64,000 nt of DNA. It comes from Marsupella aquatica (Eukaryota > Plantae > Marchantiophyta). The stretch covers positions 4,389,659 through 4,453,658 of the forward strand of contig OZ316895.1 in NCBI GenBank assembly GCA_973895155.1. The letters are read 5' to 3'. Of the stretch, positions 16,358 to 29,500 are shown in pieces (the first letter of the stretch is position 1; each line of letters starts with the position of its first letter). The notes under the pieces were generated by a model. That model ran no database searches. It was not told the DNA's origin and saw only the letters and a program-made list of their open reading frames with translations. The position numbers were made by a program, and so were the translations under genes.

Positions 16358-19300
16358 CTCATGGTTGAGCACCTTTTGTACTTTGGCAGTCCGCAATGTA
16401 TTATTCTACTCTATGCTAGGTTTCAATTTTACTCATTTTGCCCCACACTTTTTTCCTCCTACTTTTGTTCCCATTGGGTGAGGCTTGGGTCTAGTCTCAA
16501 CTTTGACACCCCACAATGTCAGGGACAGAACCACCTGACATTCTGAGGCCTAAGCACATACATTGTGGGGATGGTCCTTGGAGACCCAAATACCCAAGTG
16601 AGTACATCGAGTACAAAAGGATTGGGAGACCACATGGCAAGCTCCCTGTCCTAGTCCCACTGAGATGATTGGGAGGAGCTCAAGGGTTTATTGGGGGATC
16701 ATGAGACCACCCATGCTGCAATCATTGCTTGTTTGCTCTACCAGGCTCACAAGATCAATAACCTCCATTTGCTACGGGCACTGGAGACAGCAATGGCTTC
16801 TGACTGTGAGAGGTGGTGTGCAAACATTTGATCTCATTGCAGATCCAAGTGCTATATGCAAGATACCATGGTATGAATCAACCCGGCTCCAGTCTGGGGC
16901 AATCAAGTTCAGTATCCTCGCACACTTTGACATATTATGCTATTTAATGCCTTGTATTTATATTCCAATGTAGACTAATCTGTATAAGTACTGCCCATCG
17001 CGATAATACAATACAATTCTAGTCGAACAGTAGTTTGCTTGTGGTCAAATACTTGTGTGGCAGGGGCAAAGGTAATTCTGAACAGACTGCCTCAACAAGA
17101 AGTGTAGTTGGCATTTAAGGAACTCCAAGGTTGGGTTGCAAACTAGTAAGGGACAAAGGTCCATAAAGACAAATCCTTGTGCATTCCTATTGAATCTGTA
17201 CAATGCCCTGCCATCTACGAAGGCTTTGAACATATGGTTCTTCACAGCACAGGAAGGAAGGCTTGCTTTTAATTAATGGCCCTCTTGACGGAGAAGGCTG
17301 AACAATTTGGACGTACACACTTGTGCGCTCTAAGAATCCTGACAACCCACGATCAACCAAACCAGCAAGAGACGAATTGATGGCACAGGAATTTTCCTTG
17401 AGATACTATCATGGAATTGTGACTCTGGATGAATGGGCCGAGATTGTTCTGTTCAAATTAGCTTACACTGCTGGCTGGTCATCATCCTAAATGGGAAACA
17501 CTGGATCTCAAACGAGTCTCAATCCCCAAATCAAACTAAAACTGACAACCTAATTACCCGGTCCCAGCAATTTAGGTGTATTAACAACCTCACCGACCGC
17601 CAACAGACACAAGAATCATCGAAGACCCTAATTTACAACCTCTGTATTCGTCGGTATGAAAAAATGGACATTCGAGACACAAAACTACAAAATTGAACAT
17701 TAGAGACAATTTGCAAAGCACCAGGATAGAATCATCAACAACGTAACGAAAATCATCCCCGGACCACCCGAGCCCAGCCCAACCTAACCCAAACAGGAAA
17801 AAAGACCCTGGCACGATAGCAGAATTCACAAACGTTTTCCAAGTTTGTCACTTCAGACAGCCAATGCCAACACTAGAACAGAGGATGCTCAAGACCATGA
17901 AAGATATTCCTTGATAGGGAACCTTGCGAACTAATAACTAGTGTGACTATCCTTCCCATCCAATCCTTAGACTGGACATCCAAAGGTCCGGAAGAGAGTC
18001 CATCTGGATAAAGCCTCTGGTTTCAGTAGGTGAAGAGACAATAGCCAGCACAAGTAATCAGAGGGAACTGCTTTGTCACCGTCTACAGCCCATAACTGAC
18101 ATTGTCAACGGAAAACAGGGACAGTTCTCTTGTTAGCCAGAATGCACTGCGGAAAGATCCTTCCGGTGTTTGATTTAGTGGTCAAAAGCCAATTTGATAT
18201 TACATAAATGAACGTCAATGCAGCTTAGAAAAACATCTAAATACACCTTAAAATAGGTCGAGAACAATAAGACGTAGGAAAGATCTTTAGACCAGATTCG
18301 GAACTACACAACTGTCGAAAAATATGCGTGCCAAAAACTAAACCTCTCAAGGAACGAGCTAAGAAATGACGTTGAAGGTCCACTTTTCAGACACTCAGCG
18401 GGGAATCATGCACAGACCTGGCTCATGGTAACGGTCGCCTCCCAGACTTTCCTAAGCCCCGGCATTTTTCGGAAAGTAGATAGCTACGGCACGGATGAAG
18501 TAGTACTTACAAAACACTCACCGAAACAAGGACACAAGGAGATAAGTACCTAACTACCTAAAATTCGGTATTCGTCGGACTGACAGCAAGCCAATAGCCA
18601 ATATCAAGGGAATTCATCAATCTTATTCGATCAGTTTTGAGCTAGTGAAAGGCACTCAGCTCAGTTGCAACAACCGTAAGTAGTGATGATACAGGAGATA
18701 ACCTCCAAGAACCAAATTGACTTGTGCCGTGCTGTTGACCACAGGATGAACCAAGAGTTCGTGGAAGTGAGACCAACTTGTCTAACCACCAGAATCGCAC
18801 GCCCCTCGGGGTCGACCACAAACAAAAGACAGGAACATCGGAAGAAACTAGAGAGGACATGGTCGTTCGCCTCAGTCGAAACCCGACATATCAAGCGAAT
18901 TGATGTACGTAGATCCAAAACTGCTGGGACTAGAGGTCACATCTGAAAACCAACGTATCATGTGCACTGAAGTAACTACTGATAACATAGATAGAATCAC
19001 CCGAGACCAATCACATCATGGGTGCCGAAGGTAGACCGATCAGCTGAGGAAAAACATGGTCCCACATTAGAACCAGCATACATATCCTCTCATTGGTAGT
19101 GCAGCAGTCAGAACTGGGAACCCAAAAAAATGGTCGCATCATAAATCATCAGCATTCCATGTCCACTACCGTTTGACCAGTGCTGATGGCATCAAAGACG
19201 GCCCCATTACAGGGCCAGAAATTTATGCTTACAGGAGTGTCAAAGGAACAAGATAGACGTTCGATTGCACCAAAAAGCGAGTATTTGAGACATCACATAT

Positions 19301-19362
19301 TACTGGAAAGCTGCGGCTGAAATAAAAAAATTGAGTTTTGAGGGCGCGTATCCATTGCGGCT

Positions 19363-19680
19363 TTACTTTTTCAGACTTCCCCTCACACCAGGTTTAGGTG
19401 CACTCGTAGAACCCATTGGGACATTGGCATGCAAGTTGACGAGGCTCTCCTCGACGTAGGGTAGCTTCGGATGTCGTGCTTCGTGGTGGATTTTCATGCT
19501 CTTACTGTCTGGTGCAGTCGCCCTACAGATGGGACAGGCCAGCTTCGCATGCCCTCCTTTATCTTTCGCCAGCCGGTCCTCCACCCCTGCTTTGCCTCCT
19601 CCTCTGTTGGTCGTGGCGGCATCAATCTTGGAGGCAATTTCCTTGGCTGTGTGCTTCTTCGGCTTCGCTTTCCCCGTCAT
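19363..19680 (-). CDS. MBS1: METHYLENE BLUE SENSITIVITY-type small C2H2 zinc-finger protein (ZNF706-like), intronless CDS, 105 aa
   Basis: MTGKAKPKKHTAKEIASKIDAATTNRGGGKAG...GGHAKLACPICRATAPDSKSMKIHHEARHP...KPGVRGSLKK matches the recalled MBS1/MBS2 family end to end. Confidence 0.9.
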   Translation of the reverse strand: MTGKAKPKKHTAKEIASKIDAATTNRGGGKAGVEDRLAKDKGGHAKLACPICRATAPDSKSMKIHHEARHPKLPYVEESLVNLHANVPMGSTSAPKPGVRGSLKK

Positions 19681-20506
19681 AGTGGCGGTGGTGCTCGCGC
19701 ATCACCCAACCAACCTTCTTCCCCTCCTCCTAGTCCTCTGTCCTGCTCCGACCTCCTAACCTCTCCAACTCCTCGTTCTCCTCGTGCCGCCGCAACAAGA
19801 AACACAACAACACGGCACAAACTCCAGTCTCGCCCCACTTACTACCATCTATGACTCCCACTCCTCCCTTCCCACACCCGCGAATTGATCTGCTGTCCTC
19901 CCTCCACCCCAAATCCTCACACACAAGAATCCAAACCCTAATGCACACGCGATAAGTTTCCACACTCCGCAAGCGTTGTTTAAATGGTAGGGGGAGATTT
20001 CTAACTCTCTCCGCACTAGAGTTCCTTCCTTCTCCCCTCTCCTCCTCTCCTCTCCTCTTCAACACCTCGCACACGGATTTCGCTCCTCAACACAGAACTC
20101 AACTCAACACCCCCTCCATCAACCAAACCTCGAATTAAATACACAACAGACTGATTCACTCCTGCGGAAAGGACGACCAACTAATGACGCTCGCAGCGGA
20201 GAAAGCTCCCTACCCTAATCTCAACAGTAAATTGTCCTATTGTCCTCTCCCCCCGGCCCAGTGCAGGAGGACTCGTTTGTTGGGAAGCGAGCAATGTGCG
20301 ATGAATGAGCGAGGCAAGCAAAAGCTGTGCAGGAGGAAGAAGCGAAGGGAAGCGAAGAGATTGGAGAGAGAGAGGTAGTAGACGACAGGGAATTTCGCTA
20401 CACCCTTTTGCTTCTCTTCACGAAGGAATATCAGTAGTAATCGAGTGGGCACGAAAGGAAGACGAACGAAGGAACGGGTGCGTCGTCGAAAGCGGCGGAG
20501 GCACGG

Positions 20507-21595
20507 CGCCGAGCAAAGCAGTTCGCAACTACACACAAACCTGCGTAAGTGCAGTGGACATAAGTGCAATAACTGGATAATTGCAAGGGAGGTGCGTTTC
20601 CCCTGTTTTCACCGAAATTTTGCACATTTTTGCGGTTTACATTTTAGTCTAGCGGATTCTGACCCCTAGTAAGCGTACCAGGTGTAAATGCAGTACCTGG
20701 ATAATTGCAAGGGAGTGGCTGCTCCCCTTTTTTCCAGCACTTTTTTGCAGTTCAATTTTTCCATCCTGATTGCAGCTTATTGCAGTTCAATGCTAGTAGC
20801 GGTTCTGGCCCCCTAAGTGCACCGCTGCCGAGCAAAGCAGTTCGCAGCTACACACAAACCTGCGTAAGTGCAATACTTGGATAATTGCCAGGGAGGTCGT
20901 TTCCCCTGTTTTCATCGAAATTTTGCACATTTTTGCAGTTTATATTTTAGTCTAGCGGGTTCTCACCCCTACTAAGTGTACCAGGCCTGGATAATTGCAA
21001 GGGAGTGGCTTCTCCCGTTTTTCCCATCCAAATTGCACTTTTTTGCAGGTTCACTTTTTCCATCCAGATTGCACTTTATTGCAATTCAATGCTAGCAGCG
21101 GTTCTGGCCCCCTGAGTGCACCGTGCATAAGTGCAGTACCTGGATAATTCCAAGGTATGAGTCCACTTTTTTTTCATTGAGAAAACTACTGTAGCACTTT
21201 TTTGGGGGGCTTACATGTTAGTCTTGGGGTGGAGTCCAGAATGAGTCCAGGAGGCAGCAGTAATGAAGTAGGTGCGCACCAAAGAGAAATGGATGGGTGT
21301 GTTATTGCAGTAATGAAGTAGGCACAAAAGAACTGTCTGTACACTCAAACCTGCCTATGTGCACCATGCAAAAGTGCAGTACCTGGATCGCAAGGGAGGC
21401 ACTTTTCCCCTTTTTTCATTGAAATTGCACTTTTTGCAGATTACAAGTTAGTCTTGGTGGTTCTGCCCCCCTAAGTGCACATGCATGAGGGCAATCACTG
21501 GACAACTGTAAGGGAAGGGCTTCTCTCCTTTTTTTTCATCAAAATTGCACATTTTTGCAGTTTATATGTTAGTGTAGAGGGTTATCCCCCTTCAT
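20507..21595. repeat. Degenerate tandem array (~115-145 bp monomer) with a higher-order ~320-bp duplication
   Basis: The core GTGCAGTACCTGGATAATTGCAAGGGAG recurs near 20565, 20689, 20868, 20986, 21131, 21374 and 21490. GCCGAGCAAAGCAGTTCGCARCTACACACAAACCTGCGTAAGTGCA occurs at ~20507 and ~20827. Confidence 0.85.
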
Positions 21596-24039
21596 GAAGA
21601 TGGAGTCCAAGAGGCACCAGTCAAGTAAGCACCAAAGAAAGATGAACCAATGGGTGTGTCATCACAGCACAGGAAGCAGAGGCACCACGCAACACAAAGT
21701 AGTTTGCATTTACTGCTTGTACACATGTTGCGCTAATAAATGCACAATCCATGTGTGCAAAATTTGGCCTTACTGCAAGGCATCCCCGTTCTTCCCTTTT
21801 CCCAACAGGCCAACAAAACTTTGGCTTACCCTCAACTACATAAGTGCAAACCCTTGGTAAGTGTACATGAACAGTTATTGGTAAGTGCACAAATTAATTG
21901 TCTTACACTCACAAATAAGCACATGGCATTTTTCTGTAGAGAAAAAATCAAGTTAAGGAAAGGGAAGTACAGTTTAAGGTGGGAGGCTTAAGAATGTTCA
22001 TTGATGAGATCTCAAAGTCCTGGCCGACGTATCTTAGGGAATTACAATCGGAGTCAGCAAATAAATTGGAGCAAGAGTAAACCAAAAAAATTAAGAGTGC
22101 TTGTGAAACTTCAAGATAGGTGTTCCTTGTCGTACACTGGAAACACTTCATCATCAGACTATAATGCCAAGATAGAAGTGACCATGGATGGTAAAAGCTC
22201 AGTCCTAGCTCTCTTTAGGGACCTCATGGGAAGTTCCTTCCAAAATCCCTGGCACCACGTTGAGCCACATGAGCAGGAATGGTCACAAACAAGAAAATCT
22301 AGATGTGAAAGAAGAACAAAACCTGATGGTTAGTGTTTGTGACAAGGCAATAAAAACTGTCAATCCCACTAAGTGTAAAAATGATAAACAAAACTGAAGA
22401 GTAAAGTTGAAACAAACAAAGAATGAGGTAACGAGTAATTGACATTTGGAAGTTCTAGAATTGATATATCAGTGTTTTGCATTGAATGTTAGATTTTTTT
22501 TAATTTCCAAAGATTTTTAAATAGACACAGCTAGAGGAAGTAGAAACAAACTATTGGGCTTCCAAGGTTTTGTAATAAGTATTTGATAAAGTAAAAACAA
22601 ACTGTTGGGTTTCCAAGTGGTAACCGCAGTTGTAGGTGGTATGTTTTAGATTTCTTGAGATGACAAAGGGAATGGCTTGATGACTTGAGATAACATGACA
22701 AAGCTAATGGCTACCCTTATACTCTTAGATCTGGCAATTTGCCCTCTCACCCAGGCCAGTTTTTGGTGAATTTAGTAGGAATATTAAATATCTCTCTTGT
22801 AAGTTACAAACAAATCCTGTGTACATTATTTGGCAATTCCTCCTACTAACAGATAGAGTAGGCAAATGTCTTGCAGGTCAGGAAACCCTTAAACCACAGC
22901 TGCAGGTATATATACCTGTAGCTCTCATTTCCACTTTGAATGAAGGGATGGCCAAGAGTGTTCTTACATTGATCCAATTTGTTGAATGTATTAAGGTTTA
23001 TCTATCTCAGGGGGTCCTCAAAGTAATTTATTTACTGACCCCCATGAGAGGTCCATTCCACACTTCCCTGGCACCAAAGAGTGTCACATGAACAACAACC
23101 GCAACAAACAAGACTTGCCAGTTTTGTGAATCGAACTTACAGTTTCATTAGTGTTTGTATCAATTTGGCTGTAAATTTTGGGACGCCATGCCATAAAAAG
23201 AAATGTAAAATTAGAAATGCAAATAACAAGATGGGTAAAACTGTCACTATGTAACCGATTTAGTTACTTATCCAATTTTAAAAATTAAATTCAAAGATTT
23301 AAAAAGTATTATTCATATAATAAACAATGGCTAAAGACTAACTAACTTGATAACTTCCTAGTTAAAGGATAACTAGCACATGGACTAAGATTTTTGGCCT
23401 TAATTTTGCAATTAAGGCAAACTGCCAGCTGTGGTTGGAACTTGAACTCAACATACTGATTCAATTCATTTGATCAGACATTGATCTGGTTTCAAATGTG
23501 CTTGCCGCGAAATGTATATTGACTCTCTTAGCTTAAGAATTTGGTTGCGTGTAACGAATAGGCCTGATTTTGAAAGAAAAAAAAAGACACATTAGCACCT
23601 TTGTGTCACAGCACTTGACTTGACTGTATTTTTCATGGGTCACTACCTTTGTGTTATAGAACTTGACTGAACTTTTCTTAGTTACTTACTATATGAGTTT
23701 TTTTGCATAATTATGCTCTATTTATATATATTATTTTATTCATTTATATTTCAATATAAGACAAAATATCAAGCATGTTACAAGATGAGCATGCTATATT
23801 ATATCACTCGTTGTATGTGGTGCTTTTGAAATCAAGCAACCAGCCATATTTAATAGATTTGTCATGGACCTGGTATAAATCGACAATTTTTACCTCAAAG
23901 TCCAGCAACTTACTGTAAGCACCCTTACATTACATGAACATGTAAGTGTAAGTGCAAGGGTAGTACAGTCGTTCCAGTCACGACGGTCGTCAAGAGGCCA
24001 CCACAGGTGCTCCGTCGCTCCGACGACGGTTGTCGAGTT

Positions 24040-24047
24040 TAGGGTTT
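24040..24047 (-). promoter_or_regulatory. Telo-box (AAACCCTA) upstream of RPL26
   Basis: TAGGGTTT on the + strand ~210 bp before the RPL26 ATG. Telo-boxes are established elements of plant ribosomal-protein promoters. Function here is inferred. Confidence 0.55.
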
Positions 24048-24252
24048 TAGGCACAGATTTGCAAAATGTTTGCTCTCTTCAGCTCTTTCTCGGCCGAGAC
24101 GTCGATCGACTGATCGTCTGTCCGCGCTCGCCATCGCCATCGCCCTCGTTGCTTCTTTCTCCACGAGCAAGAGCAAAGGTACTCTTCAATTTTCAGTCTG
24201 CAGCAGCAGCAGCAGCAGCAGCAGGAGGAGAGCAGAAGCGGCAGCGGCAGCC

Positions 24253-24696
24253 ATGAAGTACAATGCGAGGGTGAGTAGCTCGAGACGCAAGTCCCGCAAG
24301 GCACACTTCAGTGCTCCATCGAGCGTTCGGCGTATCCTCATGAGCGCTGCTCTCTCTTCGGACTTGAAGAACAAGTACAACGTTCGATCGGTCCCGATCC
24401 GCAAGGATGACGAAGTGCAGGTCGTGCGCGGAACGTTCAAGGGCCGGGAAGGCAAGGTCGTCACGGTCTACCGCAGGAAATGGGTGATCCATGTGGAGCG
24501 CATCACCCGGGAGAAGGTGAATGGAGCGACTGTGAATGTGGGGATTGACCCGTCGAAGGTCGTCATTACGAAGCTCAAGTTGGATAAGGATAGGAAGGCG
24601 CTCCTTGACAGGAAGGGTAAGGGTAGAGCCGCCGACAAGGGCAAGGGAAAGTTCTCCGAGGCAGATGTCGCTGCCCCTCTACAGGATGTGGATTAG
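24253..24696 (+). CDS. RPL26: 60S ribosomal protein L26 (uL24), intronless CDS
   Basis: [32 protein letters not shown]...[13 protein letters not shown]...[44 protein letters not shown]. Good Kozak context GCAGCCATGA. Confidence 0.98.
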   Translation: MKYNARVSSSRRKSRKAHFSAPSSVRRILMSAALSSDLKNKYNVRSVPIRKDDEVQVVRGTFKGREGKVVTVYRRKWVIHVERITREKVNGATVNVGIDPSKVVITKLKLDKDRKALLDRKGKGRAADKGKGKFSEADVAAPLQDVD

Positions 24697-25389
24697 AACC
24701 GGGAAGTATGCGTGGACTTTTTGTAATTTTTGTATGTCCTGCTATTTTGATATGCAAGGGCATGTGGAATTTCAGACGGCCGACATCTTGTGTCGTGCCA
24801 TTTAGTACACAGGCAGAAATTTTGAACGGAATTGAGTGTTTCTCTACGATTTTGTATCGATTAGCTCTCTTGGGTCGAGATTATTTTAACCCTAAACCCG
24901 GATCCTTGTTTACTCACTCCGGCGTCTGTGCGCATATTGCTTACGTTTATAAGCCCTTTCCTTTTGTTGTATGTTCTACGAGCTCTCTCAATCTATTTCT
25001 CTCCAGGGACGATTGAGAGCAATTAGTGTGATCGTCCTTTCAAGCTCGATGCTTCTGCTGTACTTTCGGAAATGAAGATTTGTGATGAAAGTATTAAATG
25101 GTTTAAATTTGGGGATGAAATGTTTCGTTCTGTCGAGAGGCAAAGAATCTGAAGATCGAATTGTGGTCATGTGAAGGGTTACTCGTCTCTCGTCGTTGTG
25201 TTTACATTGAAAGGAAGTCTGTCCGCCGATGATGCATCTTTCGTTACAAACTTGCTACATTTCATATGACAGCTAGAGGAGAGTTGCCAAGGCCGCTAAG
25301 ACCTGTTGTGGTTGGACGTTAGCTGCACGAAAGCTGTCCTCTTGCAAAATCTTGGAATGATTGCCGTGTTGCGAACAGTCAATGCCAGG

Positions 25390-25765
25390 CACGATGTTTC
25401 CAGTTTTCTTGGCTCCCTTGAGGTGCGAGAATCCACTTCTACTTTGCAGCAAGAATTTCAAGGACAATTTGGGCTTTTATGGCTTGTATGTACCGGGAGA
25501 CCTTCAAGAGGTATCTACGTCAAAATGGATGCGAAGCCCTCAATCTAAAGTTCCGTGGCCTGATTGATTCGATGACGGACATCGAAAACATGTTTCCAAT
25601 ATTCTTGGCTCCCTTGAGGTTCTATAATCCACTTCTACTTCGCAGCTAGAGTTTCCGATGAAACTTCGTCTTGTAGTTGGCAAGTATGTACTGTGAGACC
25701 TTCAAGAGTTATCGAGGGCCCTCATTATGAAGTTTCGTGGCTTGATGATACGACGACGGACGTAA
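25390..25765. repeat. Degenerate tandem duplication, ~197-bp unit x2
   Basis: ATGTTTCCA...TTCTTGGCTCCCTTGAGGT...AATCCACTTCTACTT...GAGACCTTCAAGAG occurs twice. Confidence 0.75.
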
Positions 25766-26543
25766 AAAACATCCATGTGCCCACTAACACTCCACAACTT
25801 CTTCGTGAAGTTAAGACAGCTACTTCCATCAAAGAATCGCTAGTTGGATAGTTAAGAGCAGTACTCTGATCCGCTCGGGGGGATAGGTAACAGCACTTGG
25901 GATGTAATCGTTGAGGCGGAAAAAACATATCAATGAGAGAAAAGATATCAAGGAGAGTACTTTACTTCCAAGTAAAGTCTCGCATATGAACCATTCCGTC
26001 CTGAACCTTTTCTCTGGGATGGCGTGATGCTGTGTAGATATACATATAGTTCAATTACTTCGCCTCACCAGTCTACCCTCATCCTTTCGTTTCTCTTTAC
26101 CACCACTTTCTGTTAGTCTACGAAGCACTCAACTTAGAAGTTCCTGCAAGCATAAAGTCTCTTCAAGGCATTGAAATTACAGGAAGTGTGATTTCTTTTC
26201 AGATGGTCCTTGGAGTTCAGACGTCCCTACGTGTTCAGGTGAACAGTTACTGTATGTTTCCGATCATGCACGGTGCAACGTAGGACAGTGCATGAGAACT
26301 GTGAGAAAACCTTCAAGGCGAAGGGTATAAAACACTGTAACATGTGCAGAGGTATATCTCAAATGTGGTCAACAGCGACCTGTTTTTCAATTGGAAGAGT
26401 TCAAAAATTTGTAACCACCACCTACTGGTAACATGGCCAGAGCATCTCATCTTCTAGCCCATAAATTGGGCCCAGATGTCTAAATAGCAAGAAGTGGCAC
26501 CCAGTTGGGGAAAAAAACTATCAACACTTCAAGACTATAATTA

Positions 26544-29500
26544 TTAAACTCTCACTATTGTGTGGTCTCCCAGTATTTCTTTCCGCCGCTGATGTTCCTC
26601 AACTTTGTAATCTATAACCTCTTTGAACAGTGTAGGGTTTAACACAAGATCCATTTTTCCATATACGGCCCCTTGAAGACTAGCCATTAATTTTGCGATT
26701 TCTCTTCCCGAAAAGCCGTTTGTCCTTCTAGCAGCTTCGGCTAAATGCTCATGAGTGATCCCTTCTACTGTGATTTTTCCTTGTTGTCCCCTGAGGAAAG
26801 ATCTCCAGCCTTTTAGGTCAGACCCTGCTTGGTATATATATTTAGCCAAGTAAAGTTCCATCAGTTTTGTTCGCTCTTCTAGTCCCGGGAGAGGAAACTC
26901 CAATAACTCGTCAACTCGATCAGTAATAGCCGCATCCAGGTCACTTGGCCGATTGGTGGCAAGCACCATAACAATATCACGAGAGAGCTCCCCAGTTCGG
27001 TAAAGGAGAGCATTCAGGGCACTTCGTTGAGCTTCACTCATGTGTGTACTATTTCTCCTGCAGATTAACCATGATGTGATTCCAACATGAGCACACCTCG
27101 TCGATCACGGAATGATAGACACGAAGGATATATAGCTAGCTTAAGAAAAGTTTAAAAGATCACTCTCGAAATCTGGCAAGCGAAGGACACAGTTATCTGT
27201 AATCGTCAGACAGCAAAATTTTCCTGCGAAATAAACTGAACTAAGGACTTACTGGCAAAGGAATGCATCTGCTTCGTCGATGAAGAGCAAAAGACCCTTC
27301 TTTGTCTTTCCAGCCCAATCGAACAACTCATGGATTTTGGTAACTGCTTGCGCCCCTAGAGGGGCAACATCACCACCTGTCATAATCGCATAATCCAATC
27401 CCTGTTGAAGAATAGATACAAGGGGAAAGGCATAGTAAGCGTGACGTGAATAGCAGGAAGTGCTATACGAGCAATAAGCACCGAGTACATGAAGTTGGCT
27501 TCACGGAATGAAACAAAGGGCCAAGTTTATGATCAAATACCAACCCAAAACAACGTGACAAAAAATGCAATAAAGGATTCAACTTTGCCTAGATAATTGT
27601 ACATTCGGTTCAATGGCTTACCGATTTCCTTGCAAGTTCCTTCGCAGCCATGGTTTTCCCAGTTCCGGCTGGACCATAAAAAAGCATATTTCGAAAGGGA
27701 GCCGCATATTTCTTAGCATTTGCAGTGGAAAAAGCCACCTGCTCAACTCTTCTGAGCAAAGGAGGATGGAGAATTATTTCTCCCAAACCCCTGACTTGGC
27801 TGTCTGCTTGCGATGGTCCACCTGGAGATGCCCCAGCAAAGCTCGGCACCTCACGTCGTGATAACACCTTCGACCATGGATATTTACCTCGAGATGTCTC
27901 ACGTAGGAGTGAGGGGCGTCCCAAGATGCGATCAACATATCCCCAAAGAACTCGGGCGCCTTCCCTGGTAAAGACAATAACTAACAAAGTGATTCAGGCC
28001 GCAAGACAATATAACTATAATTGTCTTTACAAAGTAGGCTGTTTTTTGCAGCCAAAGCTGCGGGTCATCAGTCACATGAAGCACTAGAGGAGAATTTGAA
28101 GACAATTAGCAAACCAGCCTGGTCAGAGAGTGAGCCTCCAAATGACAGCTAATGCCAAATCTTGGAACACAGAATGGGCCCTCAATAAGGATGGAAAAAA
28201 GGGTACCTGCTTGAGTAGACTCCAGCTGCTAGAACAGTCGCTCCGACAACAGCTACCGCAAGTTTATCCTTCTCAGTCAAAATATATTGAATTCCACCTA
28301 TTAACAAAGCAGTGGAGTTAAAATTAAGCAAGGACGTTTCGATTTCTTATCCTAGCATCGATTTTCTTAGGTCTGGGCCCAGTCTGCCTTGCATATGATG
28401 TTAGGGAAGTTTCAGACGAATTTACATCCGATAAGAAACGTGGAGGGGACAAGCGAATACAGGATATTCAACAGGCCGTCGCACGAAGGAGTGATGTTGT
28501 ATCTAACAACGTATCTGGTCTCTAGATAGCAATCGAACGAACGAAAGGATCGAAATTAAATCCGAAGGGATTCAGTCGGGCCAGGGGGTCCGAGAGCATC
28601 ATGTCCAGTGATAATCGGTAAATGCTTTCTCCAGTTCGCAGATCAAAATTACCTCCAACTTGTTTGAGAGATGAATTCACAATAGCGAGCCATTTCTCTG
28701 TCTCCACATTTACTCGCTCAACTAACAAGCGCCTATTCAAATCCTCAGTCATCTTCGCTTCAAGAGCTCGCCCTTCTGCTTCTGCCAACGCCTTCACTCG
28801 CAATGTCTCTCTTTCAGTCTCTGCCCTCTCCCTTTCTGTTTGACGTTTTTGTGCTTGAATGTTCTCTTCTGTGTTCCTTCGCAACTGCTCTTGTCGTGCA
28901 GCTGCCTCTTCTTGCAGCCTCACCAATTCCATATTACGAACCCTTTGTGCTTCATGTTCTGCCTATTCAGAATGCATACAGAAGGGAGGACACACCAACA
29001 AATCAATAGACAACCAAAATTAAATGGCAACAACTGACGACAGTATACAGCCTCATTACATTGCAAGCTCGGAGATGATGCATGTACACCAAACCTTTCA
29101 TGCGTATCTTAGGAAAAGTTTCACAAAGGCATGCACAAAGCTATTTCACAAATCTAACAATGCTAGCCTGCAATTTGAAAGCTTCCGGTTGTCCTGATCT
29201 TTGTCAGGCGAAGCTTAAATGGTTTGACGAAATTTGATAGTGTTATGTCCCCTGAGATTCGACCAATTTCCAAAAAAGAGCTTGATCGTTCTACGAAAGG
29301 GTAGAAACAACGAGAGACTAAACGCATTACCTGCATACGTTTCCGAGCGAGCTCATCTTCATAGCGCGCAAGCTGAGCTTTACTTTGGGCCTGCTTGTCC
29401 ACTAACTTTTTTTGCTCGTCATAGATGACTCGTTGCCTCTCCTGTAAACAGATCAAGTCAATGTTTGATTAGGACACGAACATCAAGTCGATTGACCTTG

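Noticed and set aside
19039-19151. Possible C/D-box snoRNA on the minus strand (TGATGA...CTGA)
   Set aside because: No convincing terminal stem or rRNA-complementary guide was recognised, and such short boxes arise by chance.
24070-24252. N-terminal extension of RPL26 in the ORF track
   Set aside because: It starts at TTG and runs through a (CAG)n leader. The conserved protein begins at ATG 24253.
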